Source: Lentisphaerota bacterium (GTDB lineage: Bacteria; Verrucomicrobiota; Kiritimatiellia; RFP12; UBA1067). From it: a stretch of 64,000 nucleotides of DNA. Position numbers and translations under genes: made by a program. The stretch lies in assembly GCA_015061665.1 (NCBI GenBank), contig SUWC01000005.1:10652-74651 (forward strand). Direction: 5' to 3'. The notes beneath the pieces are model-generated. The model did no database searches. It saw nothing but the letters and a program-made list of their open reading frames with translations, and was not told where the DNA came from. Every line of letters starts with the position of its first letter. The first letter of the stretch is position 1. This document shows, in pieces, positions 1 to 8,429 of the stretch.

Positions 1-13
1 CGTCAATGTCGAA

Positions 14-2443
14 ATGACAGAAAGCGACATCGAGGAAAACATTTTCTTCGCCCGACGCCGAGCCTGTTTCACCTTCACCAACCCCAACGCGCGCGTCATG
101 TCCGGCGAGTTCGAGTTCCCAATCCCCGAAGGCGCGTTCGTCTGCGGATACTCGCTCGAAATTAACGGCACAATGGTCCCAGGCGTAGTCTGCGAGAAGG
201 AGAAGGCCCGCGTTGCCTTTGAAACCGAAGTCAAGAAAGGCATCGACCCCGGGATTGTCGAACACGTCAAGGGCAACATCTGGAAGACGCGCATATTCCC
301 GCTTACGCCGAAGACCCCGCGCCGCGCCGAAGTTGAATACGTAGTGCAAAAGCCAGTCGCCGAAGGAGCGTCCGCCGTGTGCGAGCGCGACGGAGACGAC
401 GTTTTCGTCGCATCGCCAGCGGACGCAGCAAAGCCGGCGTCGATCGCCGACAAAGTGGCGTCCTTCTACAAGGGGACGATTCTCTGGGACGCGAGCGGAA
501 GCGCGGCGTCGAAGTCCGCATCCTGGCGCAAGCTTCTTGAGTCCCTGCCCGAAACGGGCGAATGGAGACTCGTCACGTTCAGCAACGAAGCGGAGGAATC
601 GGCGCACACGACCCGCGCGTCGCTCCTCGCGGCGATCGACTCGCTGGCGTACGACGGCGGAACCGACATTGCGAAGGCAGTGGATTGCGCCAAAAAGGCA
701 GGAGGGTCTGCGGCGCTGCTGTTCTCCGACGAAATGGACACTCTCGGATCTGGCGCTGCTGGGTATGAAGACATTCCAGGGCTTGTCGTAGCCAGCCGTC
801 CGGACGCCCCGCCGCGCCGTGTGAAGGTGCGCAAACTCGCCCCGGGCGAAGCCGCTCCCGAAGGCGCCGAGATTGCCGAAGGAAAGCTCCTCGCGACAGT
901 ATGGGCGGCGGAGCGCGTATCGGACCTCGCTTCCCAGGCGGAGAACAGGCGCGAAGAGTTCCTCGCGCTTGGCCGCAGATACGGCGTCGCAAGCCCGGTG
1001 ACGAGCCTGATTGTCCTTGAAACCCTGGAACAGTACCTGACTCACAAGATCGAGCCGCCCGCCGCGATGTCCTTCCACGACGAATGGGTGCGCAGGCGCA
1101 GGGCGGAAGACGACGCCATCGCGGACAAAAAGGCGCAGACGCAGCACGAGTCCGACCTTCTCTCGCTCTGGGAGGAACGCATAAAGTGGTGGAACGACCC
1201 GAAGCCGAAGAATCCGACACCTAAGAGCGGACTCTTCGACACCATCGTCGAAGGGGCTGCGGAAGTTGCGCAAAACATTATGGGTTCGGCGCGCGGTGGC
1301 AGAAGAGCCAACCGCATGATGGCAAGGTCGGTAAGCAATGCAATGGTAGACGAGGACGGAATGGCGGAACGTATGCGTATGCCGATGGCCGCTGAATCCG
1401 CCGCGGCAAAGAGCTCCGGACGCTCCGAGCTGCCCGCAGGGGCGGCAGGAAGCGAAACGTCCCCGACCGTCACGCTAAAGCCCTGGAAGGCCGACACCCC
1501 GTACATGAAGTCTCTTGAGAAGGCTTCCAAGGACGGCCCTGCGACGGCGTATGCCGCATATCTCAAGCTCAAGGGGGAATACGGCTCGTCGCCAGCCTTC
1601 TTCATGGACGCAGCGGGCGTTTTCTTCGGCATGTCGAAGAATCGAGACGACGAGCCCTTCCGCCTTGGCGTCCGCATCGTAACGAACATGGCCGAGTTCA
1701 AGCTTGAGGATGCCGCAGTCTGGCGGGCGATGGGCTGGAGACTGCGCGAGGCAGGCGCGTACGAATCGGCGATCCTCTGCTTCAGAAAGGCGCTTGCCCT
1801 CCGCGGCGAGGAAGGACAGTCAAGGCGCGATCTCGCGCTGGTGCTGGCGGAATACGGCAAGTCGGGAAAAGACGCGCGCGCGCTTTCCGAGGCGATGTCG
1901 CTTCTGAAGGAGGCCGCGTTCACGAACTGGTCGCGCCGCAGCGGAAGAAGGACAAACGATCGGCAGGTGTCCATCGTTGCGCTCGAAGAGCTGAACGCCC
2001 TGATCTCGTGGTGCGAAGGCAGCGGCGTAAAGGCGGACATTCCGCAGATCGACGCCGCATACAGGCGCGACATACCGCTAAAGCTGAGGATTGTCATGTC
2101 GTGGGACGCTGACGAGACGGACATCGACCTCCACGTGCTTGAACCAGACGGCGAGGAGGCTTTCTACGGACACCGCCGCACGGCGTCGGGCGGCTTCGTG
2201 TCGGAGGACGTAACGACGGGGTACGGTCCGGAGGAGTACCTCAGGAAAGACCTCGAAACAGGAAAGTACAAGGTCATGTCCAACTACTTCGCGTCCCACC
2301 AGACTGCGCTGACGGGTCCTGCGACTGTCACGGCGACTGTCTACACGGACTGGGGAACGGCGCAGGAAAAGATGCAGATCATGACGCTCAGGCTTGAAAA
2401 GCCAAAGTCGCGCCATCTGATCGGGGAAGTCAAGCTCCAGTAG
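14..2443 (+). CDS. VIT domain / vWA / DUF2135-type large protein of unknown function. The frame is open to the window edge, so the 5' end may be missing.
   Basis: 809-aa ORF. It has an N-terminal VIT-like block (FEFPIPEGAFVCGYSLEINGTMVPGVV...KARVAFE), a central vWA-like region and a TPR-like helical stretch. The C-terminal block IVMSWDADETDIDLHVLEPDGEEAFYGHR...GYGPEEY is typical of DUF2135. There is no in-frame stop between nt 2 and 14. Confidence 0.6.
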   Translation: MTESDIEENIFFARRRACFTFTNPNARVMSGEFEFPIPEGAFVCGYSLEINGTMVPGVVCEKEKARVAFETEVKKGIDPGIVEHVKGNIWKTRIFPLTPKTPRRAEVEYVVQKPVAEGASAVCERDGDDVFVASPADAAKPASIADKVASFYKGTILWDASGSAASKSASWRKLLESLPETGEWRLVTFSNEAEESAHTTRASLLAAIDSLAYDGGTDIAKAVDCAKKAGGSAALLFSDEMDTLGSGAAGYEDIPGLVVASRPDAPPRRVKVRKLAPGEAAPEGAEIAEGKLLATVWAAERVSDLASQAENRREEFLALGRRYGVASPVTSLIVLETLEQYLTHKIEPPAAMSFHDEWVRRRRAEDDAIADKKAQTQHESDLLSLWEERIKWWNDPKPKNPTPKSGLFDTIVEGAAEVAQNIMGSARGGRRANRMMARSVSNAMVDEDGMAERMRMPMAAESAAAKSSGRSELPAGAAGSETSPTVTLKPWKADTPYMKSLEKASKDGPATAYAAYLKLKGEYGSSPAFFMDAAGVFFGMSKNRDDEPFRLGVRIVTNMAEFKLEDAAVWRAMGWRLREAGAYESAILCFRKALALRGEEGQSRRDLALVLAEYGKSGKDARALSEAMSLLKEAAFTNWSRRSGRRTNDRQVSIVALEELNALISWCEGSGVKADIPQIDAAYRRDIPLKLRIVMSWDADETDIDLHVLEPDGEEAFYGHRRTASGGFVSEDVTTGYGPEEYLRKDLETGKYKVMSNYFASHQTALTGPATVTATVYTDWGTAQEKMQIMTLRLEKPKSRHLIGEVKLQ

Positions 2444-3278
2444 CGGCAAATCCGCCCCGCGATGCTGAACGGCAGTCTTCGGCGATCTGGCGCCTGAGGT
2501 CGTCGAAGGACGCGAACCTGCGTTCGGGGCGGATGAACCTTACAAACTCGGCCTTCATTTCGCCGGCCGCTGCGCCTGGCACACCGCCTTCAAGGACATG
2601 GACTTCGAGAACAGGCGCAGTCCATGCCCTTTCGCCAGCGGTAGGCGCAAGACCGTAGTTGGCTACGCACCGGGCGCCGCAGAGCTCAACGGCGTAGACC
2701 CCGTGACGAAGGCGAAGCCCTAGGTCCGAAGGGACGATATTAAGCGTCGGATATCCGATGCTGCGTCCAACGCCCTTTCCGGAGACCACGCAGCCGCTTA
2801 CAGTCCATCGCCGCCCTAGCATCGCATTCGCCGCGTCGATTTGTCCGCCTTCAATCGCCTGCCGTATCCGCGTCGACGAGACACGTCCGCCCGCGTATTC
2901 GGCAAAAGGCACAACCTCTACTGCAACACCCATGCCGCGCAGCAGTTTCGCATCGCCGCGGCCACCCTTCCCGAAGCGCCAGTTGTCGCCGCACCTGACG
3001 GCAATCTGTCCGCTTAGAGACAGAAGCTGCCTGCGGACGAACTCCTCCGGTTCCACGGACGCAAGGTCGCGCGTGAATTCTAGCGCGACAACCGACTCAA
3101 CGCCGCACGCCCGTATGGACGCGAACCGTTCCTCTGCTGTCTGGATCAGGCGCGGCGCGCGTTCTGGGGCGAGAACAGAGAGCGGATGGTTGCGGAACGT
3201 CAGCGCGACATCCGCACCCTCCAGTATGCGCCGGTGCCCGATGTGGACTCCGTCAAAGAATCCGACGGCAACCTTCAC
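2430..3278 (-). CDS. ribF: Bifunctional riboflavin kinase / FAD synthetase
   Basis: N-terminus MKVAVGFFDGVHIGHRRIL is the FAD synthetase nucleotidyltransferase motif. The C-terminal half is a riboflavin kinase (GKGVGRSIGYPTLN). A 4-nt ATGA overlap couples it to truB upstream. Confidence 0.85.
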   Translation of the reverse strand: MKVAVGFFDGVHIGHRRILEGADVALTFRNHPLSVLAPERAPRLIQTAEERFASIRACGVESVVALEFTRDLASVEPEEFVRRQLLSLSGQIAVRCGDNWRFGKGGRGDAKLLRGMGVAVEVVPFAEYAGGRVSSTRIRQAIEGGQIDAANAMLGRRWTVSGCVVSGKGVGRSIGYPTLNIVPSDLGLRLRHGVYAVELCGARCVANYGLAPTAGERAWTAPVLEVHVLEGGVPGAAAGEMKAEFVRFIRPERRFASFDDLRRQIAEDCRSASRGGFAATGA

Positions 3279-4018
3279 GCAAAGACCTTGTGGACGGGAA
3301 CAGTTAACGACGCAAAGTCGGCGATGTCGGTTTCAAGCACCTTCATGAACGGAACCGCGTCGGCGACTGACAGCTTCCCGACGGCGGTGCGCCTGACGGC
3401 ATCAAGACACGCGCCGCAGCCAAGGGCCTCTCCAAGGTCGTTCGCGAGAGCGCGGACTATCACGCCCTTCGTCGCCGTCAGCGTGAACGGAAGCGACGCA
3501 GAGCCGTCTTCGCGCCTTGCGGCGTCCATACCGGAGCAGTCCACGCGGAAGCGATAGACGTGCGCCAGAAACTGCGAGTGCTCGCCCGTGTCGGCTACTT
3601 CATAGTCAGCGCTGCCCTCGCGGCGGACGCTGCAGAAGCGCGGTTCTGTCTGGAATATGTCGCCCTTGAACTCGCGTAAAGCAGACTCGATGGAATCGGC
3701 GGACGGCAGATCGGCGGATGTTTTCCGGACTTCGCCCTGCATGTCGCCGGTGTTTGTCGAAACGCCGAATCGGATCGTGCCTTCGTAAGAACGGTCAGCG
3801 CCCATGACGTCGCCCGCAAACTTGTTGGCGTCGCCGAGAAGAAGCACGAGAAGGCCGCTCGCGGCGGCGTCGAGAGAGCCGCCGTGGCCGACCTTGACGA
3901 GGTTGAACTTTCGCTTTACCGTCTTAACGACGCTGGAGAACGCGATTCCGGCCGGCTTGTCGACAAGCAGCACGGCATTCAGGTCCTCCAGCATCTTTAG
4001 TTGTGTCATATTTGCCAT
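3275..4018 (-). CDS. truB: tRNA pseudouridine-55 synthase
   Basis: LLVDKPAGIAFSSVV...KVGHGGSLDAAASGLLVLLLG matches the TruB catalytic-Asp block. It shows the usual truB-ribF synteny. Confidence 0.85.
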   Translation of the reverse strand: MANMTQLKMLEDLNAVLLVDKPAGIAFSSVVKTVKRKFNLVKVGHGGSLDAAASGLLVLLLGDANKFAGDVMGADRSYEGTIRFGVSTNTGDMQGEVRKTSADLPSADSIESALREFKGDIFQTEPRFCSVRREGSADYEVADTGEHSQFLAHVYRFRVDCSGMDAARREDGSASLPFTLTATKGVIVRALANDLGEALGCGACLDAVRRTAVGKLSVADAVPFMKVLETDIADFASLTVPVHKVFA

Positions 4019-4028
4019 ATAGGCACGT

Positions 4029-4041
4029 ATTATACCAAAAA
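4029..4041 (-). promoter_or_regulatory. Extended -10 promoter for truB-ribF
   Basis: The minus strand reads TTTTTGGTATAAT. The hexamer ends 10 nt before ATG 4018. Confidence 0.6.
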
Positions 4042-4046
4042 TCCGA

Positions 4047-5195
4047 CTACATCAGGCCGCGGTACAGCTCTTCAATCTGCTCGACCGTGACGTCGCGCGG
4101 ATTACCCGGGCGGCATGCATCGGCATAGGCGGACTCGGCGAGGAAGCGGACATCCTCGGCCTTCAGCACGCCCTTGAGGTCGGACGGGATGCCAACGTCC
4201 TTGGAAAGCTGCTCGACCGCCGCAATTGCCGCGGCGCGAGCATCCTCGAGCGACATCGCATCAACGCCCTTGACGCCCATCGCGGTCGCGATCGCGCGGT
4301 ACTTCTCGCCTGTGGCGGAAGCGTTGAACTTCATGGCGACGGGAAGCAGGATCGCGCACGCCTTGCCGTGTGGCATGTCGTAGAGCGCGCTGAGTCCGTG
4401 GGCCATCGAATGGTCGATGCCGAGCCCGACGTTCGAGAATCCCATGCCGGCGATGTACTGTCCAAGCGCCATGCCCTCGCGCCCCTCGGGCTTGTTCGCG
4501 ACGGCGTCGCGCAGCGAGCGGGAGATGAGTTCGATGGCCTTCAGGTGGAACATGTCCGTGATCTCGCAGGCGCCCCTAGTGATGAGGCCCTCGATCGCGT
4601 GCGTGAGCGCGTCCATTCCCGTGAATGCGGTGAGCCCCTTTGGCATCGTGGACATCATCTCGGGGTCGACGAATGCAACGACGGGGATGTCGTGGGGATC
4701 GACGCAGACGAACTTGCGCTTCTTCTCGACGTCCGTGATGACGTAGTTGATCGTGACCTCTGCTGCGGTGCCGGCGGTAGTGGGGACTGCGAGAATCGGC
4801 TTGCACGGATTCTTGGTCGGCGCGACGCCTTCGAGCGAACGGACATCCGCGAACTCGGGGTTGGCGACGATTATGCCCACGGCCTTTGCCGTATCCATGG
4901 AGGAACCGCCGCCGATTGCGACGATGCAGTCGGCGTTCGCGTCGGCAAACGCCTTGACTCCGCCCTTGACGTTTTCAATCGTCGGGTTTGGCTTGATCTC
5001 GGTGTAGAGGGAGTAGGAGACGGACGCCTTGTCGAGAAGGTCCGTCACCTTCTTCGTTACGCCGAACTTCACGAGGTCGGGATCGGAGAACACGATCGGG
5101 CGGGAAAGTCCGCGACGTGCGAGTTCGTCCGTCAGCGCGGCGACCGCGCCTGCACCGTGGTACGATGTTTCGTTCAGGATGATTCTGCTTGCCAT
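4047..5195 (-). CDS. fucO: Iron-dependent lactaldehyde reductase / 1,2-propanediol oxidoreductase
   Basis: The 382-aa product is near-colinear with E. coli FucO as I recall it (ILNETSYHGAGAV, AIGGGSSMDTAKA, NPEFADVRSLEG, PTTAGTAAEVTINYVITD, RKFVCVDPHDIP, GQYIAGMGFSNVGLG). An AGAGGAA SD lies upstream. Confidence 0.85.
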   Translation of the reverse strand: MASRIILNETSYHGAGAVAALTDELARRGLSRPIVFSDPDLVKFGVTKKVTDLLDKASVSYSLYTEIKPNPTIENVKGGVKAFADANADCIVAIGGGSSMDTAKAVGIIVANPEFADVRSLEGVAPTKNPCKPILAVPTTAGTAAEVTINYVITDVEKKRKFVCVDPHDIPVVAFVDPEMMSTMPKGLTAFTGMDALTHAIEGLITRGACEITDMFHLKAIELISRSLRDAVANKPEGREGMALGQYIAGMGFSNVGLGIDHSMAHGLSALYDMPHGKACAILLPVAMKFNASATGEKYRAIATAMGVKGVDAMSLEDARAAAIAAVEQLSKDVGIPSDLKGVLKAEDVRFLAESAYADACRPGNPRDVTVEQIEELYRGLM

Positions 5196-5253
5196 TTTTT
5201 GGTTCCTCTTTTGTTGTTACGTGAAATGGTTGGCCTTTTCCCGCAGGCTGAGC

Positions 5254-6441
5254 CTACTGCCTGGCCGAAGCCGACCGAAAGCATATTCTGTTTATTATCT
5301 GCGTGAAGTTCTCCTTGCCGCGCAGTATCTCGATCGCGATGCGGAGATAAAGGCACTTGATTGGCGACGTCTCGAACCGCGGGAAGCGAACCGCGTCCTT
5401 CTCAGTCGTAACAAGGGCGTCCGCACCCATGTCGGCGGAGCGGTTTAGCGCGTAAAGGACCTCTGACGAATCGTAGCGGTGGTGGTCCGCATAGCGCTCG
5501 CACCAGACGACCTTCGCGCCAAGGTGCCTCAGCGAATTCTCGAATCCCTTGGGCGATGCGATTCCCGAAAGCGTGCAGAGCGTCTTTCCCCTGAGCCAGT
5601 CGAGCGGATACTCCTCGCGGCTCCAGACGTCCTTGAGCACCTTTGGCGCATGGTTGCACTCGACGATCTCCGCCGTCCTGTTGTACTTCCTGATCTCCTC
5701 GCGCGCGGCGGAAACGTCGCCGCGGCACTTCGTGAGGAATATGATGTCCGCGCGCTTCAGATGGCGCGCAGGCTCGCGCAGTATCCCGCGCGGAAGCATG
5801 TTGCCGTTGCCGAACGGGTTCGTCGAGTCTACGAGAACAACTTCGACCGAATGCTTGAGCTTCTGGTACTGGAAGCCGTCGTCGAGTATTATAGTGTCGC
5901 AGCCGAGGCGCTTTATCGCATAGCGCCCGGCCTTGACGCGGTTGCGGTCAACTACAACCGCGACCCCGGGGAGATTTGACGCGAGCATGTACGGCTCGTC
6001 GCCGCCCGTGGCCGCGTCGAGGCGGATGCGCTTGCCGTCCGAAACGACGAGCGGCGGCTCGACGACCTGCGTGAACATGCGCTTCCACCACGGCGCCTCC
6101 TTGCGCCTGTAGCCGCGCGAAAGAATCGCGACCTTGCGTCCCTGCGAGGCGAGCGTGCGCGCGAAGATCTCCGTAACTGGAGTCTTGCCGGTTCCTCCCG
6201 CAGTCACGTTGCCGATGGAAATGACCTGGATGCCGAGCGGGAAGCGGCGAAGCAGCCCCGTCCGGTAGAGGAAATAGCGAAACGAGACGATCAGCGCGAA
6301 GATGAAGCTGAAGCCCTTCAGAACTCCGAGCAGGAAACGAATCGAACCGGGCTGGTTCTGGTCGGCGCCCTTCTCCTGAATCAACTTCACGAGATAGTTC
6401 TCAAGCCGCTCGAATCCGCTCTGGCGTGTCTTGCGCATCAC
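5254..6441 (-). CDS. lpxK: Tetraacyldisaccharide 4'-kinase (lipid A biosynthesis)
   Basis: It has an N-terminal TM segment and the P-loop [15 protein letters not shown] characteristic of LpxK. A 4-nt overlap couples it to ruvB. Confidence 0.85.
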   Translation of the reverse strand: MMRKTRQSGFERLENYLVKLIQEKGADQNQPGSIRFLLGVLKGFSFIFALIVSFRYFLYRTGLLRRFPLGIQVISIGNVTAGGTGKTPVTEIFARTLASQGRKVAILSRGYRRKEAPWWKRMFTQVVEPPLVVSDGKRIRLDAATGGDEPYMLASNLPGVAVVVDRNRVKAGRYAIKRLGCDTIILDDGFQYQKLKHSVEVVLVDSTNPFGNGNMLPRGILREPARHLKRADIIFLTKCRGDVSAAREEIRKYNRTAEIVECNHAPKVLKDVWSREEYPLDWLRGKTLCTLSGIASPKGFENSLRHLGAKVVWCERYADHHRYDSSEVLYALNRSADMGADALVTTEKDAVRFPRFETSPIKCLYLRIAIEILRGKENFTQIINRICFRSASARQ

Positions 6442-7454
6442 TCTGCGCGCCGCGGCGCGGCGCCCCTTTCAAGTCCGAGACGCGAATACGCAAGATCGGT
6501 CGCGACGCGCCCTTTCGGCGTGCGCTCCATGTACCCCTCCATGATGAGGAATGGCTCGTAGGCCTCCTCCACCGTGTCCGCCTCCTCGCCGACGGAAACC
6601 GCTATAGTGGACAGCCCTACCGGCCCGCCCCCGAACTTTACGCATATCGTCTCTAGTATGCGGCGGTCCATCTCGTCAAGTCCATGCGGATCGATTTCAA
6701 GAAGCGAAAGCGACTTCTCGGCGACTTCGCCAGTTATGAAGTTCCCGGCGCGCACCTGCGCGTAGTCGCGCACGCGCCTCAGAAGGTTGTTCGCGATTCG
6801 CGGCGTTCCACGGCTGCGGCGCGCGATCTCAAGGGCTCCGGCGTCGTCTATGTCGACGGCTAGCTTTGCGGCGCTGCGGCGGACGATTTCCGCAAGGTCT
6901 TCGGGGGCGTAGTAGTCGAGTCTGTTGACGAGTCCGAAGCGTGCGCGAAGCGGCGCGGCGATTAGTCCGATGCGCGTGGTCGCGCCCACAAGCGTAAAGC
7001 GCGGCAGCTCGAGGCGGACGGAGCGCGCGTTTGGCCCCTGGTCGATCATTATGTCGATCGCGTAGTCCTCCATCGCCGAATAGAGGTACTCCTCGACCGT
7101 CTTGGCCATGCGGTGGATCTCGTCTATGAAGACAATGTCGCCCGGCTCAAGGGAAGTAAGCAAACCCGCCAGGTCGCCTGGCTTCGTTATAACTGGGCCA
7201 GACGTCGTCTTTACGTTGACTCCCATCGCCTCGCCGAGGATGTAGCTAAGCGTCGTCTTGCCGAGCCCGGGAGGACCGGAGAAGAGCACATGGTCAAGGG
7301 ATTCGCCCCGGCTCTTCGCCGCCTCCACGGCGAGAAGCAGCCTGTCGCGCACCTTGGACTGACCAACGAAGCCATCGAAATCGGACGGACGCAAACGGTT
7401 GTCAAACGCATTGTTGCGCCTGTTAAGTTCCTCGCTCTGCCGTTCGATCTTCAA
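6438..7454 (-). CDS. ruvB: Holliday junction branch migration ATPase RuvB
   Basis: [11 protein letters not shown], Walker [16 protein letters not shown] and [16 protein letters not shown] are all present. Confidence 0.95.
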   Translation of the reverse strand: MKIERQSEELNRRNNAFDNRLRPSDFDGFVGQSKVRDRLLLAVEAAKSRGESLDHVLFSGPPGLGKTTLSYILGEAMGVNVKTTSGPVITKPGDLAGLLTSLEPGDIVFIDEIHRMAKTVEEYLYSAMEDYAIDIMIDQGPNARSVRLELPRFTLVGATTRIGLIAAPLRARFGLVNRLDYYAPEDLAEIVRRSAAKLAVDIDDAGALEIARRSRGTPRIANNLLRRVRDYAQVRAGNFITGEVAEKSLSLLEIDPHGLDEMDRRILETICVKFGGGPVGLSTIAVSVGEEADTVEEAYEPFLIMEGYMERTPKGRVATDLAYSRLGLERGAAPRRAE

Positions 7455-7472
7455 TTGGACGCCCCTCCGCCG

Positions 7473-8414
7473 TTACGCCGTGACAAGGCCTTCCCTCTCG
7501 TCCGCTCCGAGAACGAGATTCATGTTCTGTATTGCCGCGCCCGAGGCGCCCTTGCCGAGGTTGTCGAATCGGGAGACGAGGATCGTGCGCTCGCCGTTGC
7601 CGAATACGGAAACCTCCATGTCGTCGCGTCCGGTGAGCCCCGCGGACGAAAGGAATCCTGTCTCGTCCGGATTCTCGACGTAGCGCACGAGCCCAGGCGC
7701 GTCCTTTCCGTACGCAACCTCATAGCACGCGCGAATCGCATCGACGTCGGCGTCGTGAAGCTGGACCGTCACCTCCATGCCGCTGAGATGGGGAACCACT
7801 ACGGGCGAAAAAACGGGAAGCTTCGCAAGCCCGCATATCTTCGACATTTCCGGAAGATGCTTGTGCTTCTGCGCGAGCGCGTACTGGCGCCCTCCGAGAT
7901 ACTGAACGCGCGACGATCCGTCCTGCGCGAGCTTTTCGTCGTAGTCTGCGATCATCTTCTTCCCGCCGCCCGAATAGCCGGTGAGCGAGAATGCGCAGAG
8001 CGCCGATTCGGGGGAGACGACGCCGGCGCGGACAAGCGGCTCGACGAGCGCGATGAAGCCGCTTGCATGGCAGCCGGGATTCGCAATGCGCTTCGCGCTC
8101 GCGATGCGCGGACGACGCCCGAACAGCTCTGGGAAGCCGTACTCCCATCCATCAGAGACGCGGTGCGCGGTTGATGTGTCGATGACGACGGTCCCCGGGT
8201 TCTCGACAAGCGAAACCGCCTCGATGGCCGCTGCGTCGGGCAGGCAGAGGAATGCGACGTCACAGGAGTTGAGCGCGTCGCGACGAGCCGAGACGTCCTT
8301 TCGGAGCTCCTCGCCCAGTGTTACCAGCTCGATATCTCCACGCGCTGAAAGACGCTCGCGAATACGTAGTCCAGTCGTGCCGGCTGAACCGTCGATAAAA
8401 ACCTTCTTGGACAT
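7473..8414 (-). CDS. argC: N-acetyl-gamma-glutamyl-phosphate reductase (short form)
   Basis: It has the GSAGTTG Rossmann motif and the NPGCHASG catalytic Cys block, and is 313 aa long. Confidence 0.85.
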   Translation of the reverse strand: MSKKVFIDGSAGTTGLRIRERLSARGDIELVTLGEELRKDVSARRDALNSCDVAFLCLPDAAAIEAVSLVENPGTVVIDTSTAHRVSDGWEYGFPELFGRRPRIASAKRIANPGCHASGFIALVEPLVRAGVVSPESALCAFSLTGYSGGGKKMIADYDEKLAQDGSSRVQYLGGRQYALAQKHKHLPEMSKICGLAKLPVFSPVVVPHLSGMEVTVQLHDADVDAIRACYEVAYGKDAPGLVRYVENPDETGFLSSAGLTGRDDMEVSVFGNGERTILVSRFDNLGKGASGAAIQNMNLVLGADEREGLVTA

Positions 8415-8429
8415 TATACCTCTGCCCTT

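Noticed and set aside
8400-8429. GGTATAATG overlapping the argC start codon, considered as another promoter copy.
   Set aside because: The TATAAT overlaps the ATG itself, so it cannot drive argC. It lacks the T-tract/TG context of the other elements. The AGAGG just upstream is better read as the SD.
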